56,374 nt of DNA from a virus. Within the stretch, counting starts at the first letter, position 1. Every line of letters starts with the position of its first letter. The position numbers were made by a program, and so were the translations under genes. The DNA is taken from the IMG/VR virus record IMGVR_UViG_3300045988_058758, positions 1-56,374 of that record. One strand, written 5' to 3'. Shown one piece after another: positions 1 through 6,033 of the stretch. A model generated the notes under the pieces. That model worked only from the letters and a program-made list of their open reading frames with translations. It was not told the DNA's origin and ran no database searches.

Positions 1-55
1 ATGGAAATATTGAAATACAGTTAAAGAATTTTTAGCAGAAACTTAATGCCATGGG
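1..55. repeat. Terminal direct repeat, copy 1 (identical to 56320-56374). Overlap of a circular or circularly permuted assembly; bases 1-35 duplicate the 3' end of the integrase ORF
   Basis: 55/55 nt identical between window start and end. Confidence 0.95.
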
Positions 56-63
56 CATGGCAT
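46..63. repeat. Inverted repeat ATGCCAT-GGGC-ATGGCAT just after the integrase stop; terminator hairpin or part of attP
   Basis: 7-bp perfect arms with a 4-nt loop; no U-tract. Confidence 0.4.
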
Positions 64-209
64 ATAGGAAGTGCTAATGCCGTATTTATCACGTTTTACA
101 ATTATATAATTTCAATGCTGTCGCTTATATGTCGTACACATGTCTATTATGTGTCGCTATAAGTGTCTTTTTTTATGTCAAAATTAAGTCAGAAAGAGAG
201 GTAATGCGA

Positions 210-365
210 ATGTTTTCTGATGAAGTTAGAGAAAAAATCTTAAGCAAAGAAGAATTACAGAAACTTGATTTAGTGACATTATCTCTTGTTATCCACGCAA
301 TCGAGGAAGTTTTAGAGGAGGCAGACAATGAACAATCCTTATCAAGCAGTGCCTATGATGAATAA
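210..365 (+). CDS. Small acidic hypothetical protein (51 aa)
   Basis: RBS AGAGAGG 7-8 nt upstream of the ATG; overlaps the next ORF by 38 nt. Confidence 0.35.
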   Translation: MFSDEVREKILSKEELQKLDLVTLSLVIHAIEEVLEEADNEQSLSSSAYDE

Positions 366-858
366 TTCTTATATGCAATCTCAAAATCCATATATGGATA
401 GAATGAACTTTTTGCAAAATTATCAGCAGAGCTTACAACAACAGCCTATGCAGATGAATCAACAACCTATACCACAGCAGATAGTAGGTATTAATGGAAG
501 AATAGTACAGGCAGTTGAAAATATTAATGCCAATGAAGTGCCTATGGATGGAAGTATGGCTTTTTTCCCTAAGCAGGATATGTCAGAGATATACGTTAAG
601 GGCTGGAATGCTGACGGAACAATTAGAACGATTGTGTATAAGCCTTATACAGAGCCAGGCGGAAGCAATGCTTGCAATCCGACAACCGACATAGAAAACG
701 CTAAATTTACCCTATCAGACGAAAGCACACAGCTATTCTTAAATAAGTTTGAAGAGCTATCAGAGAAAATAGGACAGTTAGAAGATAGATTTGATAAATC
801 TTTAGGAACACAAAGAAAAACTTCAAGAACTCAAAGTAAGGGCGGTGATGAAGAATGA
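328..858 (+). CDS. Hypothetical protein with a Q/N/M/P-rich N-terminus and a K/T/S-rich tail
   Basis: Strong RBS GAGGAGG; 176-aa ORF; no family recognised. Confidence 0.7.
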   Translation: MNNPYQAVPMMNNSYMQSQNPYMDRMNFLQNYQQSLQQQPMQMNQQPIPQQIVGINGRIVQAVENINANEVPMDGSMAFFPKQDMSEIYVKGWNADGTIRTIVYKPYTEPGGSNACNPTTDIENAKFTLSDESTQLFLNKFEELSEKIGQLEDRFDKSLGTQRKTSRTQSKGGDEE

Positions 859-1085
859 ACCCAATTAACCTTTTTCAAATGATGAGAGGTGGTCCTCAAC
901 AATTTATACAGCAGATAATGGGGAACAATCAGCTTATGAGTAATCCAATGATGAAGAATACAATGCAAATGGCACAGCAAGGCAATATGCAAGGTATCGA
1001 ACAGATGGCTAGAAACTTATGTAAAGAAAAAGGGCTAAATGCAGATGATGTATTTAATCAGATAAAAAGCAGATTTAATAATTAA
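855..1085 (+). CDS. Small Q/M/N-rich hypothetical protein
   Basis: ATGA start/stop overlap with the upstream ORF. Confidence 0.6.
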   Translation: MNPINLFQMMRGGPQQFIQQIMGNNQLMSNPMMKNTMQMAQQGNMQGIEQMARNLCKEKGLNADDVFNQIKSRFNN

Positions 1086-1155
1086 TAGCATATTAGATGT
1101 CTTTGCAAATTACCTGGGTGACATCTTTATGAATAAATTAATGGAGGTAACTAAT

Positions 1156-1941
1156 ATGTTTAATTCAAATTGTGCCAGCGTACCATTAGTCGCTAATATT
1201 GACGGCAACGGCAATAACGGCGGATGGGCTGATGGTGGATGGCTTTGGATAATCGTTGTATTTGCTTTACTCTTTGGATGGGGTAATGGTGGATTTGGCG
1301 GTTTTGGCGGCAATAATGGCGGTGGCTATGTTGCAACAGCTGCTACGCAGGCAGACATTCAGAGAGGATTTGACAATTCCGCAGTTATCAGCAAGTTAGA
1401 CGGCATTTCTAACGGACTTTGCGATGGATTCTACGCTATGAATAACAGTATGCTCACAGGCTTTAATGGCATAAATACAAACATTATGCAGACAGGCTAC
1501 GGCATCCAGCAGGCTATTAACGCTGATACAGTCGCTAATATGCAGAATACAAACGCATTACAGTCACAGCTTGCCAACTGTTGCTGTGAGACAAGAGAAG
1601 CTATTCAGGGTGTAAACTACAATATGGCAACTAACACCTGTGCTTTACAGAACACGATGAATAATAATACAAGAGATATTATCGACAGCCAGCAGGCAGG
1701 AACAAGAGCAATCCTTGATTTCTTAACAAATGACAAGATAGCTACATTACAGGCAGAGAACAATGATTTACGCAGAGCTGCTTCACAGGATAGACAGAAT
1801 GCACTTCTGACTACAACAATGGCAGCACAGACAAATCAGATAATCGACGCTGTAAGACCTACACCAGTGCCATCATTCCCAGCAAGTAACCTTTACGGAT
1901 ATGCTTATGGATGCGGATGCAATACAGGTTGTGGCTGCTAA
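1156..1941 (+). CDS. Gly-rich membrane-anchored protein with internal CCCE and a C-terminal YGCGCNTGCGC Cys cluster
   Basis: RBS GGAGG; hydrophobic WLWIIVVFALLFGW flanked by G/N runs; N/Q/T-rich helical middle. Confidence 0.7.
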   Translation: MFNSNCASVPLVANIDGNGNNGGWADGGWLWIIVVFALLFGWGNGGFGGFGGNNGGGYVATAATQADIQRGFDNSAVISKLDGISNGLCDGFYAMNNSMLTGFNGINTNIMQTGYGIQQAINADTVANMQNTNALQSQLANCCCETREAIQGVNYNMATNTCALQNTMNNNTRDIIDSQQAGTRAILDFLTNDKIATLQAENNDLRRAASQDRQNALLTTTMAAQTNQIIDAVRPTPVPSFPASNLYGYAYGCGCNTGCGC

Positions 1942-2006
1942 ACAACTGAATAATCAAGTATCTTAATCGAAAGATTATGTCTGCTAAGCAGTATTACTTA
2001 AATTTA

Positions 2007-2041
2007 AAGGGCAGACTTGTATGGTTTGCCCTTGTTTTTTT
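2007..2041 (+). terminator. Rho-independent terminator
   Basis: AAGGGCA/TGCCCTT stem followed by a T7 run. Confidence 0.7.
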
Positions 2042-2060
2042 AGAAAGAGAGGTAAAAACA

Positions 2061-2480
2061 ATGGAAATAACAGGAATTGCATTACAAACAGTTGCCGCCG
2101 GCGAAGATGTGGCATTTACAGAAACACCGGTATGTGGAACTAAATGTATAGTTCACAGACAGGGAAGTGGAATTATCAAGTTAAGAGGTATCACAAATCA
2201 ATGTAAGGCACGATTTTTAGTGTCGTATAGCGGCAACATTCAGATACCTACAGGCGGCACAGTAGAAGCTGTTTCACTTGCTATCGCAGTGGACGGAGAA
2301 CCTTTGCAGTCTACAAGAATGATTGTTACACCAGCCGCAGTCGAAAACTTATTTAACGTATCGGCACAAGCCTATGTTGATGTACCTTGTGGCTGTTGCA
2401 GTACAGTAGCGGTGCAGAATACATCTACACAGGCTATACAGGTTCAGAACAGCAACTTAATTGCTGTCCGTGAAGCGTAA
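2061..2480 (+). CDS. Small beta-rich Cys-containing protein; pattern recalls spore-surface jellyroll domains (BclA C-terminal or Ena-like)
   Basis: RBS AGAGAGG identical to the one at 194; alternating beta pattern; CGxxC near the N-terminus and CGCC near the C-terminus; the family call is a guess. Confidence 0.6.
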   Translation: MEITGIALQTVAAGEDVAFTETPVCGTKCIVHRQGSGIIKLRGITNQCKARFLVSYSGNIQIPTGGTVEAVSLAIAVDGEPLQSTRMIVTPAAVENLFNVSAQAYVDVPCGCCSTVAVQNTSTQAIQVQNSNLIAVREA

Positions 2481-2492
2481 GGGGGTGTGAGT

Positions 2493-3137
2493 ATGCACAT
2501 TGAAAGAATCCACAAAATGATTGAATGTCTTACAGAGAAAGCCTTAGGCGAGCTTGATAAGGGTGTTGAGAATGTCAATACAGAGGAAATGGGCGAAGCT
2601 GTCGATATGATTAAGGACTTATGTGAAGCAGAATACAAGGCAGTTATCGTTAAGTCTATGAAGAAAGCTGATGAAGAGGAAGAAGAGTACAACAAGGAGC
2701 TTCTCAGAACTTTTAAAGCTGAATATGGTGAAGAGGGTGGCAGAAGATACTATGATGAATACAGATACAAGACTACTGGCAGATACGCCCCTAAAGGCAA
2801 AGGTACTTATGTAGGCAGAAGAGGATACGAAGAACCACCTTATATGCATATGTACCCAGAAAGGGATATGGATAGAGAATACGGAAGAATGTACTATACA
2901 GAGCCTACAGCCACACATACATCTGAAAGTGGCTACGACAGGGCAAAGAGAATGTACACAGAAACTAAAGAAATGCACAAAGCTAATACACCAGAGGATA
3001 AGGAACATAAGATGAAGTCTCTTGACAGCTACACTAAGGAACTCGCAAGCGACATTACAGGTATGGTTGCCGATATGTCAGCAGAAGAGAAAAACTTACT
3101 TAGAACAAAGTTAAGCACTCTTGTATCTAAGATATGA
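2493..3137 (+). CDS. Charged E/K/R/Y-rich hypothetical protein
   Basis: RBS GGGGG 7 nt upstream; 214 aa. Confidence 0.65.
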   Translation: MHIERIHKMIECLTEKALGELDKGVENVNTEEMGEAVDMIKDLCEAEYKAVIVKSMKKADEEEEEYNKELLRTFKAEYGEEGGRRYYDEYRYKTTGRYAPKGKGTYVGRRGYEEPPYMHMYPERDMDREYGRMYYTEPTATHTSESGYDRAKRMYTETKEMHKANTPEDKEHKMKSLDSYTKELASDITGMVADMSAEEKNLLRTKLSTLVSKI

Positions 3138-3144
3138 TTTTAAA

Positions 3145-3179
3145 GGCTATGAGTATCAATATTCATAGCCTGTTTTATT
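3145..3179 (+). terminator. Rho-independent terminator ending the 210-3137 operon
   Basis: GGCTATGA/TCATAGCC stem followed by TGTTTTATT. Confidence 0.7.
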
Positions 3180-3197
3180 CAGAAAGGGGGCATACAG

Positions 3198-3518
3198 ATG
3201 TTTTTTGCAATCAATGGTACAATCTGGCACATACAATATAAAAATTCAAATTCGGGCGAATTAAAGCGGTCAGACAACACAATTAGCTTAGGTGTAACTG
3301 ACAGAAACACGCATACGATATATCTGTCAGACAAACTACAGGGATTTATGCAACGCAAAGTGCTAATACACGAAGTATGCCACACTGTCTGTATGTCGTA
3401 TGATATTTATTTGCCGATTGAGACAGAAGAAATATTGTGCGATTTTGTAGCAACTTATGGAGATGAAATATTTGATATTGTTGATATGGTTTTAGGGGCA
3501 GTTAGGAGAGCGGGATAA
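3198..3518 (+). CDS. Short ImmA/IrrE-like Zn metallopeptidase (HExxH)
   Basis: Motif VLIHEVCH preceded by GVTD...TIYL, typical of COG2856-type peptidases; RBS AAGGGGG. Confidence 0.55.
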   Translation: MFFAINGTIWHIQYKNSNSGELKRSDNTISLGVTDRNTHTIYLSDKLQGFMQRKVLIHEVCHTVCMSYDIYLPIETEEILCDFVATYGDEIFDIVDMVLGAVRRAG

Positions 3519-3664
3519 TGAGTATTGATGAGCTGTTAAAGATAATTCAAAAGACTAATCCGACTATGACTAAAGAATTGTTGATATATGAGCTTGGTCA
3601 ATGTCGGTATTCAAGTAAAGCATTAATTTATACAGAAAGTTGTTGTGTTGACAATAATATTTAA
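3518..3664 (+). CDS. 48-aa ORF translationally coupled (TAATG) to the metallopeptidase
   Basis: Below the ORF-track cutoff; found by reading the sequence. Confidence 0.3.
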   Translation: MSIDELLKIIQKTNPTMTKELLIYELGQCRYSSKALIYTESCCVDNNI

Positions 3665-3676
3665 AAATGCTATTAT
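3648..3676 (+). promoter_or_regulatory. SigA-type promoter TTGACA-17-TATTAT
   Basis: Consensus -35 box, 17-nt spacer, 5/6 match at -10. Confidence 0.55.
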
Positions 3677-3739
3677 TTAATAGATGTAAACAATTGATAA
3701 TTAATATATCATTTTACCTTAATAGAACCATAGTGGAAA

Positions 3740-3783
3740 GTTGCATTGATACATTTTTGTATAGGTGCAACTTATTTTATTTT
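3740..3783 (+). promoter_or_regulatory. Terminator-like hairpin plus U-tract in the leader, 12 nt before the Cas5-like start (possible attenuator)
   Basis: GTTGCA...TGCAAC with inner TACA/TGTA, followed by TTATTTTATTTT. Confidence 0.45.
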
Positions 3784-3795
3784 AGAGGTTTTATT

Positions 3796-4494
3796 ATGAG
3801 AGTTGTAAGATTAAAAATGTATCAAGAAATGGCTAGATTCAATAATCCATCAGCACCAAAAGGTGCAGATTGCTACCCTTTGCCACCATTTAGTACAGTT
3901 AATGGGTTTATTCATTCAATGTGTCAATGGAAAATGTATCATAAATTAGATTATTTTGTTACTGGCAAAGGAATTTATAATACTAAGGTGCAAAAAGAAT
4001 GGCACGGTGGCTATAATTTCAACAAAATTAACGATGAAATGCTTAATCGTTGGGATATTATAACAGATCATGCAGACGGAAGCCGCACCGGCTGGGTCAG
4101 TGCAGTTAAATATCATCTAATGCTAGTTGATTTATATACAACTATATACATCAAAGCTGATGATAGTGACATAGATGATATATACCATGCGTTACTAAAC
4201 CCACCGGTATATCCATCATTAGGTGAGTATGGTGATTTATGCAAGATTGAAGCAGTAGATATTGTAGAACTTAAGGAACTTGACAAAACTATATCAGCTC
4301 CATTAGATACGCAATCTTATATTCCTGTTAATAAAGGCAATTTCACAGGAACTATATATAGAATTAATAACAAATATGAAATTATCAAAGGTTTTAGGCG
4401 ATTCCAGAAAGTTCCTTGTTACTTAGTAGATAAAGAGCAGGAAGTTGTTAGTAATCTTTTTGATGATGATAAACCGATTATTTTTATAGATTGA
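3796..4494 (+). CDS. Solitary Cas5-like RAMP protein (resembles type I-B/TNEAP Cas5)
   Basis: N-terminal RVVRLKMYQEMARF...YPLPPFSTVNGFIHSMC and later NPPVYPSLGEYGDLCKIE match remembered Cas5 motifs; RBS AGAGG; no other cas genes in the genome. Confidence 0.55.
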   Translation: MRVVRLKMYQEMARFNNPSAPKGADCYPLPPFSTVNGFIHSMCQWKMYHKLDYFVTGKGIYNTKVQKEWHGGYNFNKINDEMLNRWDIITDHADGSRTGWVSAVKYHLMLVDLYTTIYIKADDSDIDDIYHALLNPPVYPSLGEYGDLCKIEAVDIVELKELDKTISAPLDTQSYIPVNKGNFTGTIYRINNKYEIIKGFRRFQKVPCYLVDKEQEVVSNLFDDDKPIIFID

Positions 4495-4501
4495 TTTAAA
4501 C

Positions 4502-4552
4502 CCCACGGAATATAGGTAAAATTTTTCTTTACCCCCGTGGGTTGACTTTTTG
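4502..4552. terminator. Two-tier hairpin terminator after the Cas5-like gene
   Basis: CCCACGG/CCGTGGG outer stem and GGTAAA/TTTACC inner stem, followed by TTGACTTTTTG. Confidence 0.55.
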
Positions 4553-4559
4553 TATTCAC

Positions 4560-4770
4560 AATTTCAATTTTAAAAAATCTCAAAATTTGGTGCAGATTTC
4601 GTTCAAATCCTACTAAAAAAAATTGGAAAAATTTCTCCACAAATTTTATTGCTAAAAATTTTGATACCCCCGTCATATGCAATTTTGGAATCCAAAAATC
4701 GGTTACGCAGAATTTCAATTTTTGCTCCCGATTTTGTTCAGATTTGCCCTGAAAAATTGATGAAAAACTT
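4560..4770. repeat. Two degenerate copies of a 60-80-nt unit in A/T-tract-rich ORF-free DNA
   Basis: AATTTCAATTTT at 4560 and 4711; GATTTCGTTCAAAT vs GATTTTGTTCAGAT; CAAAATTTGGTGCAG vs CAAAAATCGGTTACGCAG. Confidence 0.6.
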
Positions 4771-5100
4771 TAATAGATTAAAGTGCATTATATAAACTTG
4801 ACCGGCTGTGATTCGTGCTTGTTTTGACTTTGTGGCTTTGTGATTTGCCCTGTACGGCGGTTTTATTGTGTCGGTGTAGACTTCTAAGCCTACAGAACAA
4901 ACAGCCTTAAAACGCTTTTAAATGTATTGCGCAAAATGGATATAATACACCTGTTGGGTTGTTGGAGCTGTCGCCAGTTTTGAAGAATCCACCAGAACAC
5001 GCGCCGCCCCAACTGGGTACACTTGTACACCTAAAAGGTGTAAAAAGCCTTATATATAAGCATAGCATTATTATATTGATTTTTCAAGGTACACAATAAA

Positions 5101-5118
5101 AGCATATAAATATATGCT
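5101..5118. terminator. Palindromic hairpin AGCATATA-N-TATATGCT (U-tract on the minus strand)
   Basis: Perfect palindrome; minus strand continues TTTATT. Confidence 0.4.
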
Positions 5119-5120
5119 AA

Positions 5121-5160
5121 TGCTTGCGGCTGGAATCGAACCAGTCAAACCACAGCAAGC
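5121..5160 (-). ncRNA. tRNA-like acceptor/T-arm minihelix no. 1 (no D or anticodon arm)
   Basis: Minus strand: GCTTGCT-GTGGTTTG-ACTGG-TTCGATT-CCAGC-CGCAAGC-A. Confidence 0.5.
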
Positions 5161-5187
5161 CAAAAAGGGCGCAGATTGTACGCCCTT
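5161..5187 (-). terminator. Rho-independent terminator of the leftward cassette
   Basis: AAGGGCG/CGCCCTT stem followed by T5 on the minus strand; overlaps the stop codon. Confidence 0.7.
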
Positions 5188-5488
5188 ATTCAATATATTT
5201 TTTGTAATGTTCTGGAAATTTGAAAATCCTTTCTCTTCCTATGTTCTTTGGTTTAGATGAAAATCTTTCTAATCTTGTTGAGCTGCTATTGACATCTAAA
5301 TCTAAATCATTGTAACACTGTTCGCACTCTAAACGCACTATCCAATTAAATGAGCCGCTATCATATTGATATAACATAGCTTTAGCTTTTGGATAGGCTT
5401 TTAAATAATTTTCAATAGATTGAAATTGTAAAGCAGTTTCTTCAAGTTTCGAATATCTGTCAATTTTTAGCCAATGTACATATTTCAC
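5186..5488 (-). CDS. Hypothetical protein (100 aa), third gene of the ArdA cassette
   Basis: GTG start with RBS GGAGG 7 nt upstream. Confidence 0.65.
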   Translation of the reverse strand: MKYVHWLKIDRYSKLEETALQFQSIENYLKAYPKAKAMLYQYDSGSFNWIVRLECEQCYNDLDLDVNSSSTRLERFSSKPKNIGRERIFKFPEHYKKYIE

Positions 5489-5530
5489 GGTACAACCTCC
5501 ATATATTTATTATTTGCCATTTGGCAAAAA

Positions 5531-5571
5531 TCCGTCGCAGGGATTCGAACCCTGCCGACCGCCTGAACGGA
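5531..5571 (-). ncRNA. tRNA-like acceptor/T-arm minihelix no. 2
   Basis: Minus strand: TCCGTTC-AGGCGGTCGG-CAGGG-TTCGAAT-CCCTG-CGACGGA followed by TTTTT. Confidence 0.55.
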
Positions 5572-5583
5572 TGACGAAAAGAA

Positions 5584-5949
5584 TTAATATTTTTCTGGGC
5601 TTGTTACTTTGTCAAAACCAAAATAAAAATATGCATTGCTTGCCCTGTTTGCCTTGTCCGCTGTAGCCTTGTCAATTTCGCAATATCCTATTACCTCGTG
5701 ATTCCTCCATATAGCATACTTTTTCAATGGTTTCGTGTCGTCAACTATAAGAAAATGCCTATTTTCAAAAAATAATGTTGTACCATATCCAGGCAAGAAA
5801 GCACTTTTGATTGTTTTGTCTATTATTTCCTTTTTGGTGTAATCAACGATATAATTTGTTTTGTAATCGTTCGGTATTCTTTCCCATTCTTCCCTTGTTA
5901 AAATGTGCAAAACGCTTTTATTTTCGTCTGATAACTGTATTTTTTTCAT
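5584..5949 (-). CDS. Hypothetical protein (121 aa), second gene of the ArdA cassette
   Basis: ATG preceded by GAAAGGCGG; the upstream part of the tracked ORF overlaps minihelix no. 3. Confidence 0.65.
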   Translation of the reverse strand: MKKIQLSDENKSVLHILTREEWERIPNDYKTNYIVDYTKKEIIDKTIKSAFLPGYGTTLFFENRHFLIVDDTKPLKKYAIWRNHEVIGYCEIDKATADKANRASNAYFYFGFDKVTSPEKY

Positions 5950-5991
5950 ATAAATACCGCCTTTCAATTTTATTATCCTCTTACGAGGTAA

Positions 5992-6033
5992 AAGCAAGCC
6001 GGGGAATCGAACCCCGGGAACGCCGACCTTGCC
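5992..6033 (-). ncRNA. tRNA-like acceptor/T-arm minihelix no. 3
   Basis: Minus strand: GGCAAGG-TCGGCGTTC-CCGGGG-TTCGATT-CCCCGG-CTTGCTT; begins at the ArdA stop codon. Confidence 0.5.

Noticed and set aside
1110-1313. Antisense P-rich ORF, and similar shadow ORFs at 2444-2695, 2619-3008, 25592-25840, 26918-27373, 27401-28150, 31524-31904, 32109-32840 and 42323-42883
   Set aside because: These are mirror-frame ORFs inside long, compositionally biased genes (Gly-rich, tape measure, tail fibre, coiled-coil ATPase). They lack RBSs and have low-complexity translations.
4419-4718. 99-aa minus-strand ORF
   Set aside because: It runs antisense through the 3' end of the Cas5-like gene and straight through the terminator hairpin. 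It is low-complexity and F/K-rich because the DNA is AT-rich, and it has no RBS.
4560-4770. Possible CRISPR array next to the Cas5-like gene
   Set aside because: There are only two copies. They are degenerate, differ by a ~22-nt indel and lie ~150 nt apart. There is no regular repeat-spacer periodicity. Kept only as 'repeat-like units' in the findings.
5121-6033. The three T-arm elements as full tRNA genes on the minus strand
   Set aside because: Hand folding finds no D arm or anticodon arm. Upstream sequence within 72-90 nt is coding DNA or lacks a 7-nt acceptor partner. Reported as tRNA-like minihelices instead.
5121-6033. The T-arm elements as attP cores for tRNA-targeted integration of this phage
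   Set aside because: The only integrase is a large serine recombinase, a class that does not typically target tRNA 3' ends. Three different tRNA-like ends cannot all be the attP. Scars from older cassette acquisitions remain possible.
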